Positions 18,273 through 27,133 of a DNA stretch of 64,000 nt are shown piece after piece (the stretch's first letter is position 1; every line of letters starts with the position of its first letter). Position numbers and translations under genes: made by a program. The stretch is from Patescibacteria group bacterium (lineage in GTDB: Bacteria > Patescibacteriota > JAQUNI01), in NCBI GenBank assembly GCA_028717685.1, contig JAQUNI010000001.1, forward strand, positions 335,451-399,450, given 5' to 3'. The notes under the pieces are model-generated. The model ran no database searches. It was not told where the DNA came from and saw only the letters and a list, made by a program, of their open reading frames with translations.

Positions 18273-19814
18273 TCATTTGGCGTCCATGGCACAACGAAAA
18301 CCTCTGTCATAACCGGGTCGATCAGGAGTATCTTTATCCCGCCACGCCACGCGTAATAAAAATGGTATGGCGTCGCAAGAGCCTCCTCTTATAACCTTTT
18401 CTTTACCGCCGTCCGGACCTTTCGGATTAATCCGGGGTGAATTTGCATAATAGCGGCTATCGTACCAATCGGCACACCATTCAGATACATTGCCTGCCAT
18501 ATCATACAAGCCATAGCCATTGGGAGAAAAGCTACCTACAGGCGCTGTATCTTCATAGCCATCAATTAATTTTTTACCACCAATGGATCCCACGATCTCA
18601 TATTTTATACCTCCAATACTAAAACTAGCATTACGGTCCCCAAAATTACATTGACTACCATCGGGGTTCTGATCACCCCAAGGGAACTTCTTCCCTACCA
18701 GTCTACCTCGCGCCGCTTTTTCCCATTCTGCTTCCGTAGGCAAACGTTTTCCAGCCCATTTAGCATATGCCGAGGCATCATACCAATTAACGCGTACCAT
18801 AGGTTGATTGGGCGCAGAACTATTCCAAAAATCCGGTGCCTTATGTCCAGTCGCATCTATAAACTTCTTATACTGCGCATTGGTAACTTCATAAACATCT
18901 ATGTAAAAGGCATCTAAAAAAACTTCATGTGCCGGTGTCTCTGTCTTGGCAACATCTAAAACCCCATTCCACTCCTGTTGAATCGTGTCCCTCCAGCCCG
19001 GGTCCTTAATGTCAGCAATCTTAAATTCGCTAAAATCACCATGCCCCATCTCCGACATAAACTCCTCCGCCAAAGTGTTGATATCAGAAGTATTAGTTCC
19101 CATCTGAAATTCACCAGCCGGGATTAAGACCATCGGCGCATCTTCTTTAATGACGGGCTCTTGGACTTTATCGTCCCCGTTATCTTTATTCCCATTTTCC
19201 ACTACTGGGACATCTTTCCCATTTGCCTTTGTGTCATCTCCAATTTCCTTGCCACTGGCGACGGCTTGCTCAATCTCTTTTTGCACTGAAATTACAACCT
19301 GTCTATTTCCGTAAACCAAATTCCACTCCCCTATTGGTTCAAGAGGCACAACCGTGAATAAACCTACTAATTCCGTACTTTTTGGTTTAATGACAAACGT
19401 GATCTCATTATCTGAATTCAAAAGATAATTCATTGCCGTGCCGATGGATGATTCTACAGAAGTATAGTCAAAAACAAACACTTCTTTTTGGGAATAAATT
19501 ACAGCGCCCTTCACATCATTTATAATGAACGAAGAGCCATCTATAGTGATCTCTTTGTTACCCAAATTACTGATAGAGACGAGGAACCATGCCTCATAAC
19601 ATTCTTCTCCTGCTATTTTTCCTAAAACAAAATCTGGTTTCGCTTCTGCAAGCACTATTGCCTGCACCTCTATCTCCACCTGCGGATTAGAGTCTTCGGA
19701 CACTATCGGATTCAAATTATCTCCACAACCAACCAACAACACTGCAAGAAACAAAATAACGGAAAATTTTAATCTTAACATTTCAATCACCTTTTTATCC
19801 TTTATGAACTTCAT
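18273..19814 (-). CDS. Lipoprotein with a C-terminal FGE-sulfatase domain and a long N-terminal extension, 513 aa (paralog of 9029..9880).
   Basis: Lipobox LVGCG. FGE motifs: FYIDVYEVTNAQYKKFIDATGH, RLPTEAEWEKAARG, GLYDMAGNVSEWCADWY and RGFRCAMD. Confidence 0.8.
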   Translation of the reverse strand: MKFIKDKKVIEMLRLKFSVILFLAVLLVGCGDNLNPIVSEDSNPQVEIEVQAIVLAEAKPDFVLGKIAGEECYEAWFLVSISNLGNKEITIDGSSFIINDVKGAVIYSQKEVFVFDYTSVESSIGTAMNYLLNSDNEITFVIKPKSTELVGLFTVVPLEPIGEWNLVYGNRQVVISVQKEIEQAVASGKEIGDDTKANGKDVPVVENGNKDNGDDKVQEPVIKEDAPMVLIPAGEFQMGTNTSDINTLAEEFMSEMGHGDFSEFKIADIKDPGWRDTIQQEWNGVLDVAKTETPAHEVFLDAFYIDVYEVTNAQYKKFIDATGHKAPDFWNSSAPNQPMVRVNWYDASAYAKWAGKRLPTEAEWEKAARGRLVGKKFPWGDQNPDGSQCNFGDRNASFSIGGIKYEIVGSIGGKKLIDGYEDTAPVGSFSPNGYGLYDMAGNVSEWCADWYDSRYYANSPRINPKGPDGGKEKVIRGGSCDAIPFLLRVAWRDKDTPDRPGYDRGFRCAMDAK

Positions 19815-19908
19815 TGTTAACGATAGTATAACTAAGACAAAAAATTGTTAAAAGAGCACCTCCCTAGCAAAAACTGCTAGGTAAAATCGGTAAAATCCTG
19901 AATCTTTA

Positions 19909-20466
19909 TTAAGCTTTCATTATAGCACTTTTCATAGAATTTGTCAATGTTAAACCCTCTAAAGCTTTTTTGCGGTGGGAAATCTGGTTTTTCTCGGTTG
20001 CACTCATTTCCGCCCAAGTCTTGCGAAAGCCTTTAGGAATAAAGATGCAATCCCAGCCAAAATTATTCACTCCCCTCGGTTTCGGGCTAATACTGCCTGC
20101 AACCTTGCCTTTGCCGAAACAATATTTTTTGCCGTCATAATAACAGACAACGCATTGGGCATAAGCGCGGCGGTCTTTTAAATCCTTCAGCAAATCCGCG
20201 AATTTATTCCAGCCCATTGTCTTCTCCACCCATTTAGCCAAAGCGCCCGGAAAACCATTTAGGGCGCGGATATATAGTCCCGTGTCTTCCACCAAACAAG
20301 GCTTCTTAACCTTCTCATATGCCAGTTTTGCCTTGAAGCGCGAAATCTCATCCACCTCTACAGCTTGAATTTCGGGCAAATCCAAACTAATCTGCTTGAG
20401 CGGCATTTTAAGAATTGCTTTGGCTTCTAAAAATTTATTTCTGCTGCTAGTAACGAAGTATAGCAT
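19909..20466 (-). CDS. rdgB: Non-canonical purine NTP pyrophosphatase (RdgB/HAM1 family).
   Basis: Motifs FVTSSRNKFLEAKAIL, LVEDTGLYIRALNGFPGA and FGWDCIFIPKG...TWAEM...KNQISHRKKA. Confidence 0.8.
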   Translation of the reverse strand: MLYFVTSSRNKFLEAKAILKMPLKQISLDLPEIQAVEVDEISRFKAKLAYEKVKKPCLVEDTGLYIRALNGFPGALAKWVEKTMGWNKFADLLKDLKDRRAYAQCVVCYYDGKKYCFGKGKVAGSISPKPRGVNNFGWDCIFIPKGFRKTWAEMSATEKNQISHRKKALEGLTLTNSMKSAIMKA

Positions 20467-20598
20467 AGTATAAATTGTTCTAATTATTCTAATTGTTCTA
20501 ATTTCTAAACAAATCCTAATAACTAATATCTAAATGTCCAAAAATTGGTCATTGGTCATTATTTAGGATTTAGGTCAATTAGAGTAATTAGAAATTAT

Positions 20599-21285
20599 TT
20601 AATGATAATTACATTGTCTTTTTAAAACACATTTCTCGCATTTTGGTTTGGGATGGCAAAATTCCTTTATGTGTTTCACGATTAAAGCGTGGAATTCCTG
20701 ATATAATTTTACCTTATTTCCTCTTAAAGTTAAATCTTTACGGACAAAATCCTGAATTGCCGCGTAAGTCGCTTTTCCAGGAATAAGACCCAAGCGCGAA
20801 AATAATCTTTTGGTGTAAGCGTCCACTACAAAACTTGGTTTTCCCAAGGCATAAAGAAGTATGGAATCCGCTGTTTCCTCGCCAATGCCTTTTATCGCGA
20901 GAAAATATCGGCGCAATCGCTCCAAAGAATCATTCTCCTGCCAAGGCTCCTTCAAAATTTTTTTGACCAAATTTTTAATATACCCTGCTTTTTGGTTATA
21001 ATAGCCTGCCGGCTTAACGCACCTGGCAAGGCTGCGCTTGGGTGTATTTTGCAATTTATGCCAATCTAAGAGCCTTGCCCCGGATAAATTTGCTAAAGCG
21101 AGCTCTACATTTTTCCAGGCGGTGTTCTGCGTTAAAATCGCGCCGAGCATAATCTCAAGCTGGGCGCCAGATAAACCGCGTTCACTCTTCTTTCTTGTTC
21201 CGCAAGAAATAGGCCACCAATGCTGGGCGCCGTAATAACATAACAAAAGCGTATATAAATTATTTAAAGATATCTTCGTTGGCAT
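20599..21285 (-). CDS. Endonuclease III-like HhH-GPD DNA glycosylase with a C-terminal 4Fe-4S Cys cluster.
   Basis: LGAILTQNTAWKNVE; helix-hairpin-helix region IKGIGEETADSILLYALG; Cys cluster CHPKPKCEKCVLKRQC (C-x6-C-x2-C-x5-C). Confidence 0.75.
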   Translation of the reverse strand: MPTKISLNNLYTLLLCYYGAQHWWPISCGTRKKSERGLSGAQLEIMLGAILTQNTAWKNVELALANLSGARLLDWHKLQNTPKRSLARCVKPAGYYNQKAGYIKNLVKKILKEPWQENDSLERLRRYFLAIKGIGEETADSILLYALGKPSFVVDAYTKRLFSRLGLIPGKATYAAIQDFVRKDLTLRGNKVKLYQEFHALIVKHIKEFCHPKPKCEKCVLKRQCNYH

Positions 21286-21446
21286 CTATTGCGATAATTT
21301 TTAATTTCTAATTTTCAATTTTTATTCAATTTCTAATTACTTAATTTCTAAACTGGTTGCCATATTTAGAAATTTGTCACTTCTAACTGGGTTTGAAAAT
21401 TTATTCATTGAAAATTTAATAGAAATTAGAAATTGAAAATTGCAAA

Positions 21447-22136
21447 TTATTTCCTCCCCACCGTTACAAGATTCTGCCCCTTCCATCTATCCGTCTTTAT
21501 TCCATCCTTTTCATAATAATTTTCTACAACCCGCAAGCCAGCATTTTGCAAAAGCCTCCCTATTTCCCTTTTAGTAAATCCGTGGTAATATCTTTTTTCT
21601 TTATAAAGGACATCATTAAAATCCATTTTATTTTTCCCCAACACTTTCTTTAAATTATAACGCAGTCGCAGGGAACAAAACTTGGTTTGGAAAAGATTCC
21701 AATTCGTGAGCAACACTAATCCGCCAGCTTTGACTAACTTTGCCGCATTGCAAAGAGCCTCTTGCCGCAACGCGCGGCTTGGGATATGGTGCAAAACCGC
21801 AATTAACACAGCTACATCAAAAGACTGCGGAGGCAGTTTTAGGTCTAAAATATTTCCTGCCTGGAATTCTGCGCTGCCGTAATCCCTTTTTGCTTCTTGC
21901 AATAATCTTTTACTTGCATCTACGCCAAGATAACTTGCCCCTTTCTGCGAAACTAAAGGATAAAGCCTGCCGTTGCCGCAGCCCAAATCTAACACTCTAT
22001 CACCTTTTTTGATATAGTTAGCGAAAGAGATAAAAAGCGGCCAATCCCGCTGGCGCGAGGCGGAAAAATCCTGCGCCCGCTGTTCATAATAATCCTGGGT
22101 TTTTTCAATTAATTTTTGGGCGAAAACAGCATCCAT
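21447..22136 (-). CDS. Class I SAM-dependent methyltransferase.
   Basis: Motif I VLDLGCGNGRL, followed by GVDAS and VAVLIAVLHH. Confidence 0.75.
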   Translation of the reverse strand: MDAVFAQKLIEKTQDYYEQRAQDFSASRQRDWPLFISFANYIKKGDRVLDLGCGNGRLYPLVSQKGASYLGVDASKRLLQEAKRDYGSAEFQAGNILDLKLPPQSFDVAVLIAVLHHIPSRALRQEALCNAAKLVKAGGLVLLTNWNLFQTKFCSLRLRYNLKKVLGKNKMDFNDVLYKEKRYYHGFTKREIGRLLQNAGLRVVENYYEKDGIKTDRWKGQNLVTVGRK

Positions 22137-22223
22137 AAATCATTGTTTCATTGTCCAATTGTTCCATTGCTTAAAAAATGACAACAATGAAACAATGAAG
22201 CAATAGAACAATGGCCAATAATT

Positions 22224-23777
22224 ATGAATAAAATCAATCAATTAGCTATTGAACGCGCTATTGACGAAAAAATTAAATCAAAGGCAGAATTAAACGGTTT
22301 AAAGCGCAGAATTCTGAAAAAAACACACGGTCAATTTCCGCGCGATTTGGATTTATTGAAAACCTATCGCGCCCTTTTAAGGCAAAAAAAAATAAAAAGA
22401 AACCCAGCCTTAGAAAATTTATTAACCACCCGTGCTGTCCGCACGCTCTCCGGCATTGCCGCGATCACAGTTTTAACCAAGCCTTTTAAATGCAAGGGGC
22501 GATGTATTTACTGCCCGCAGGAAGAAGGGATGCCGAAAAGCTATCTTAAGAATGAACCGGCGGCGAGCCGCGCTTTTTTAACCGCTTTTGACCCCTCTCT
22601 GCAAGTCAAAACCCGGCTTGCTTCTCTCACTCTCACAGGGCACAATACGGAAAAAATTGAACTTATTATTTTGGGCGGCTCTTTCGCGGCTTACCCCAAA
22701 GCATACCAAAGGATTTTTATGCAAAGATGCATTGAGATGTTAAACGGACGGAAAAGCCGCAACCTTGCGCGAGCCCAAAAACAGAATGAAACTGCCTGCC
22801 ACCGCTTGGTAGGTCTTTCTATTGAGGTAAGACCAGACGAAGTCAACCTGAAAAATCTAAAGTGGTGGCGCAGCTTGGGCGTAACGCGCGTGGAAATCGG
22901 CGTCCAGACCATTCACGACGATATCCTTAAAAAATGCCGGCGCGGCCACAGCGTCAAGGCGACGGCGCTCGCCACGCGACTGCTCAAAGACTGGGGCTTT
23001 AAGGTTGTTTATCACTTAATGCCTAATCTGCCCTGCTCCACGCCCCAAAAAGATTTAAAAGTATTCCAGACTTTATTTTCCGATGCCCGTTTTCAGCCAG
23101 ACCAAATCAAAATCTATCCCGTAGTCGTTTTAAAGACCGCGCCCCTTTACAAGGTCTGGAAGGCTGGGTGTTTCCAGCCTTATTCCGCCGCCACGCTCAA
23201 CCATCTGCTCATTAAAATCAAAAAGGGCGTGCCGCCCTATGTCCGCATTATCCGTTTAATCCGCGATATTCCGAGCAACTCAATCATTGCGGGCAATAAA
23301 ATCACGAATCTGCGCCAGATTTTAAAAGAGAATAACGTGCAATGCCGTTGCATCCGCTGCCGCGAAGCCAAAAACGCGCCCTTGGGCAAAATCTATCCGC
23401 GCATACTAAAATATCCAGCCTCTTCCGGCACTGAATATTATTTAAGCTACGAAAATAAAAGTAAAACCACGCTTTACGCGCACCTCCGCCTGCGTTTTCC
23501 CTCGCTCAAATCTGCCTTCCATACTTGCGCCATTATCCGCGAGGTGCATACCTACGGTCAAGTAGCATCGCTTCAAACTCAAAATCAGTCTGCCACACAG
23601 CACCACGGTTTGGGCAAAAGGTTGATTAAAAAAGCAGAACAAATTGCGCAAAAGAATGGTTATCAAAGAATTATGGTGATCGCTGGAATTGGAGTAAGAG
23701 AATATTATCGGAGACTAGGATATAAATCAGGCAAATTTGGCTATATGGTTAAAAGCATAAAAACCCGATTCTTATAA
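22224..23777 (+). CDS. Elp3-like tRNA uridine(34) acetyltransferase (radical SAM plus GNAT domains).
   Basis: Radical SAM Cys motif CKGRCIYCP, GVTRVEIGVQTIHD, and a C-terminal GNAT segment HHGLGKRLIKKAEQIA..GYQRIMV. Confidence 0.75.
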   Translation: MNKINQLAIERAIDEKIKSKAELNGLKRRILKKTHGQFPRDLDLLKTYRALLRQKKIKRNPALENLLTTRAVRTLSGIAAITVLTKPFKCKGRCIYCPQEEGMPKSYLKNEPAASRAFLTAFDPSLQVKTRLASLTLTGHNTEKIELIILGGSFAAYPKAYQRIFMQRCIEMLNGRKSRNLARAQKQNETACHRLVGLSIEVRPDEVNLKNLKWWRSLGVTRVEIGVQTIHDDILKKCRRGHSVKATALATRLLKDWGFKVVYHLMPNLPCSTPQKDLKVFQTLFSDARFQPDQIKIYPVVVLKTAPLYKVWKAGCFQPYSAATLNHLLIKIKKGVPPYVRIIRLIRDIPSNSIIAGNKITNLRQILKENNVQCRCIRCREAKNAPLGKIYPRILKYPASSGTEYYLSYENKSKTTLYAHLRLRFPSLKSAFHTCAIIREVHTYGQVASLQTQNQSATQHHGLGKRLIKKAEQIAQKNGYQRIMVIAGIGVREYYRRLGYKSGKFGYMVKSIKTRFL

Positions 23778-23858
23778 CTTGTAACCTATAACTCAAGTAA
23801 TATCATCCTTGCGTTACAAGTTTCAAGTTACAAGAATAAGGTTTCCAGATTTTAGTAG

Positions 23859-24731
23859 TTATAGATTTGACTTTTTACTTTTTAATAAGTTTATCCAATC
23901 CACCACGCCCAGCTCCTGCGCCCTCGCTGTCCTTTTGACTCCCGCGGCTTTAAGCCAAGAGGTTACCTCTTCATCCGTTAAAAGATAACCATTTTTTAAA
24001 TTATTATGGATTTGTTTTCTGGGACTCGCAAAGCCAATTTTAATTAAACGAAAAAACTCCGCTTCTTTGTTATCCATCTCCTCGGCAGTAACGCGCAAAA
24101 ACCCGCGGCGATTATACCAGTGAAGTTCGCGGGCAAGCTCGGAGTGCGGATACATCCTGATCCTTAAAATCGCTGAATCTACCTCCGGCGGAGGTGAAAA
24201 TTTATCGCGGCTTACATAATCCACAATTTCCGGGCTGCCAAAGGTCTGCACCGCGACTGTTAAAACACTCATTTTCCCAGGGCGGGCGCAAACCCGTTTC
24301 GCCACTTCCTTTTGCACCAACAAGACCATCATTTTAGGTCTTTTTTTACTGGCGGTAAATTTTCTTAAAATCTTCCCCGTGATGTAAAAAGGGATGTTGC
24401 CAATAACTTTATAATCTTTGGCAAACTTAAAATTGAAAATGGAAAACTTGATGATGTCGTCCGGAACTATTACCACGGCGCGGAAAGGCTTGAATTTGCG
24501 TTCCAACTCGCGAGCCAAATCTCTGTCTAATTCCACGGCGACAACTTTGCGCGCCCGCATCGCCAATTTTTGGGTAAGGTCGCCCTTGCCCGGACCAATT
24601 TCCAAGATGACATCGCTCCGCCGCACCTCCCCCGCGTCCACGATTTTATTTAAAATCGTCTCGTCAAACAAAAAATGCTGACCGAGTTTTGGTTTGATTG
24701 TTTTTTGTTTTCTGGAGTTAAAATTTTTCAT
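23859..24731 (-). CDS. rsmA: 16S rRNA (adenine1518/1519-N6)-dimethyltransferase RsmA/KsgA.
   Basis: LGQHFLFDETILNKIVD..VILEIGPGKGDLTQKL..VVAVELDRDLA, with the family length and layout. Confidence 0.85.
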   Translation of the reverse strand: MKNFNSRKQKTIKPKLGQHFLFDETILNKIVDAGEVRRSDVILEIGPGKGDLTQKLAMRARKVVAVELDRDLARELERKFKPFRAVVIVPDDIIKFSIFNFKFAKDYKVIGNIPFYITGKILRKFTASKKRPKMMVLLVQKEVAKRVCARPGKMSVLTVAVQTFGSPEIVDYVSRDKFSPPPEVDSAILRIRMYPHSELARELHWYNRRGFLRVTAEEMDNKEAEFFRLIKIGFASPRKQIHNNLKNGYLLTDEEVTSWLKAAGVKRTARAQELGVVDWINLLKSKKSNL

Positions 24732-24865
24732 AAAGTCAATAATGAATTGTCTATGTTCATACTAACAAAATCAGAATCAGGAAGCAATAAAACAGCTTTT
24801 TTAAATTTAAGCTGTTTTAAATGATTTTTTCATTTTTAATTTTTCATTTTACATTTGAACGTTAG

Positions 24866-24890
24866 CGATTGTGCCCGGGGCGGGACTCGC
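24866..24890 (-). repeat. Partial duplicate of the tRNA-Leu 3' end (T-loop to acceptor stem; 21 nt identical CGAGTCCCGCCCCGGGCACAA).
   Basis: Direct sequence identity with the 3' end of tRNA-Leu at 25046-25068; located about 160 bp downstream of it. Confidence 0.7.
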
Positions 24891-25045
24891 CCCGTCGCTA
24901 AAGCTCCTTGAAACCTTGCGGTTTCAATGCTTCCACATCGGGGAAACTACCGTTTCCCCGACCCCTTTCCCGGGTTCTCGTCCCTATTCCTTTAAACCTT
25001 GTATTTTTGAAAAAAACGAATAGACGCAAAGCGATATCTTTTTTG

Positions 25046-25129
25046 TGCCCGGGGCGGGACTCGAACCCGCAAGGTCTCGCGACCACAAGATTTTAAGTCT
25101 TGCGTGTATACCAGTTCCACCACCCGGGC
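25046..25129 (-). tRNA. tRNA-Leu(UAA), type II with a long variable arm.
   Basis: GCCCGGG acceptor stem, anticodon loop CTTAAAA, variable arm TGGTCGCGAGACCT, T-arm GCGGGTTCGAGTCCCGC. Confidence 0.85.
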
Positions 25130-25191
25130 GAAATAAATTAAAAATTGAAAATGAAAAATTTAAAATTGTCATCGCTTCGCGAGATCTCGTC

Positions 25192-25265
25192 ATCAAGATC
25201 TGGCAAAGCCAGACACCCACGAATCACGGTTTTGTCCCGCTATGCGGGATCTCGCGCAGCGAGAC
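25192..25265. repeat. Composite repeat module (CGAGATCTCGTCATCAAGATCTGGCAAAGCCAGAC plus ATCACGGTTTTGTCCCGCTATGCGGGATCTCG) that includes a scrambled partial copy of tRNA-Cys.
   Basis: The same two sub-modules recur in permuted order at 25598-25651. The segment CACCCACGAATCACGGTTTTG also occurs inside tRNA-Cys (25300-25321). Confidence 0.7.
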
Positions 25266-25282
25266 AGACCGTTAATCTTTTG

Positions 25283-25355
25283 AGGCCTAGGTGGGATTTG
25301 CACCCACGAATCACGGTTTTGCAGACCGTTGCGTTAACTACTTCGCCACTAGGCC
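25283..25355 (-). tRNA. tRNA-Cys(GCA).
   Basis: GGCCTAG acceptor stem, anticodon stem-loop ACGGT-CTGCAAA-ACCGT, T-arm GTGGGTGCAAATCCCAC. Confidence 0.8.
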
Positions 25356-25598
25356 ATATTCAACTTTCAGCAAATCCTTCTGTTGGTGAGTTTTATAGAA
25401 TTTCTCCATTTCCATTGCCTCACTACGGGTCGGAAATTCCTTATAAACTAACAACCGCCACGGACAATATGCTTTAGTTGATTTTACCTTAACGCTGTTA
25501 TGTCGTTTAAATCTAACTTTCACATTTTCCGTACTGCCTACATACAAATTATTATTTTTTAGGCTAAGTAAAAAATATACATAATACATAGAAATCAC
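25338..25598 (-). CDS. Small stand-alone GIY-YIG nuclease family protein (YhbQ/UPF0213-like), 86 aa.
   Basis: YVYFLLS...NNLYVGSTENVKVRFKRHN...YKEF.TRSEAMEMEKFYK. The last six codons and the stop overlap the 5' 18 nt of tRNA-Cys. Confidence 0.65.
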   Translation of the reverse strand: MISMYYVYFLLSLKNNNLYVGSTENVKVRFKRHNSVKVKSTKAYCPWRLLVYKEFPTRSEAMEMEKFYKTHQQKDLLKVEYGLVAK

Positions 25599-25651
25599 GG
25601 TTTTGTCCCGCTATGCGGGATCTCGTCATCAAGATCTGGCAAAGCCAGACA
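25598..25651. repeat. Second, permuted copy of the tRNA-associated repeat modules.
   Basis: ATCACGGTTTTGTCCCGCTATGCGGGATCTCG followed by TCATCAAGATCTGGCAAAGCCAGACA. Confidence 0.7.
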
Positions 25652-25850
25652 AAGTGAGACAGACTGTTGCCTTACTACTTGCCTACTCGCCAAATAAAAA
25701 AACAAAAGATGTCTCTTAAAGACATCTCCATTTTAGCATTTATACGGTTTTGGTCAAACAATAAAAAAGGAAGCAGGCAGTAGGAATAAGGAATTATGAA
25801 TAATAAATAATTCCTTTATCTCTTTATTTCTAATTCATGATTCCTAATTC

Positions 25851-26432
25851 CTAATTCACATTTTCCAAGATCTCCACTTCCAATTTGCGCGCGCCAAAAA
25901 ATTTTGCCTTCAAATAACTGGGAAACCAGACATCAACGCGACCCCAATGTCTTCCCGCCATCCGATCCTGGACTTCAAAAACCTGATCACCAAAAATGGA
26001 TGGAATCTTAAACTTGGTGCCAAAGGGTAAAAAATTCGCCGCCGCGATCCCTTCACGCACTCTTTCGCCGGAAGCGGTAATAAAAGGCGTGGCGTCGCAT
26101 TGAGCCACAGTAGACGAATAGCCAGTAACCACAATCGGATAGATGCCGGGGCTAACGAGGGATTCTTTACTGTAAAAACGCTCTTTGATAATACTGTCTA
26201 CTGTTTTTTTGTCAAAATAAAACCTGCCTTCCACATCAATAGGCGTTAAAGGCTGATGCTTTTGCGGTCTTAGAATTTCTCCTATTCGCGCCGCGTCTCT
26301 CCCGACCCATCCTTGAACCAATCTGTCTATCTTTTGCGAAGATAAAAAAACCTTCTGGATATCCTGCTCGGGTATCCCTAAGAACAGTGTAAAAGCCAAA
26401 AAGACCAAAAGGGAAATGGCGTAATATTTCAT
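25851..26432 (-). CDS. 3D-domain protein (YuiC/MltA-like cell-wall-associated), with a signal peptide.
   Basis: TGYSSTVAQCDATPFITASGERVREGIAAANFLPFGTKFKIP...VFEVQDRMAGR...VDVWF. Confidence 0.75.
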   Translation of the reverse strand: MKYYAISLLVFLAFTLFLGIPEQDIQKVFLSSQKIDRLVQGWVGRDAARIGEILRPQKHQPLTPIDVEGRFYFDKKTVDSIIKERFYSKESLVSPGIYPIVVTGYSSTVAQCDATPFITASGERVREGIAAANFLPFGTKFKIPSIFGDQVFEVQDRMAGRHWGRVDVWFPSYLKAKFFGARKLEVEILENVN

Positions 26433-26599
26433 TGATTTTTAAAAATTTTTGTTTTTATTTTAGGTTGCGCCCTTATCTCTTTGAAACCTACTTTTATTTT
26501 ATCATAATTAGCATAAAAAGTCAATCCAGTTAGAAACTCGTGCGGGGCATGGTTTCTAACGGGGTCAAAAAGAAAAACCCCAACTGATTGGGGCTTTTC

Positions 26600-27133
26600 T
26601 TATAGAACTTCAATTTTTATCTGTTTTAAGCCGAACTGTATAGCTTCTCCGCGGCTCGGCATCCAGAAGTCAACGCGAGTGCTATACCGCGCGTTCATTC
26701 GGTCTTGCACCTCAAAGACCTTGTCGCCGTAAAGCTCCGGAACCTTCACTTTGGTCCCAAAAGGCAAGAAGTTAGTAGCGATAATACCATCGCGGACATG
26801 CTGACCCGACGCCGTAATAAACGGGGTGGAGTCGCACTGATCCACGGTGGAAGAATAAGCCGTGGCGGAAACAATATACGCGCCGGGCTTTGCTTCTCTC
26901 CTTGTCCGCTGTGGTGATTTAATAGAAATTATGTTTTTTGACTGATATTCGGCTAATTTTTGATCCAATTCCTCTTTGGATAAATATGTCTTATCCTCTA
27001 AAGAAATATGGGTTAACGCGCCAGACGCAGGCTCTTCCTTATTCCAATCAAAGGGACCAAAACCGGCAGTGACTAAAAAGACTGGTAAAATAATGAGTCC
27101 TTTGAGAGTAAAATTTGCTCTAATAAACCTCAT
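26600..27133 (-). CDS. 3D-domain protein (paralog of 25851..26432).
   Basis: ATAYSSTVDQCDSTPFITASGQHVRDGIIATNFLPFGTKVKVP..VFEVQDRMNARYSTRVDFWM. Confidence 0.75.
   Translation of the reverse strand: MRFIRANFTLKGLIILPVFLVTAGFGPFDWNKEEPASGALTHISLEDKTYLSKEELDQKLAEYQSKNIISIKSPQRTRREAKPGAYIVSATAYSSTVDQCDSTPFITASGQHVRDGIIATNFLPFGTKVKVPELYGDKVFEVQDRMNARYSTRVDFWMPSRGEAIQFGLKQIKIEVL

Noticed and set aside
24890-25045. An integrated element between the tRNA-Leu 3' duplicate and tRNA-Leu.
   Set aside because: Only about 160 bp separate the repeats and there is no ORF. It is reported only as a possible scar.
24898-25477. ORFs 24898..25096, 24984..25220, 25045..25275 and 25145..25477.
   Set aside because: They overlap tRNA-Leu, tRNA-Cys and the tRNA-derived repeat modules, and have no coding signal.
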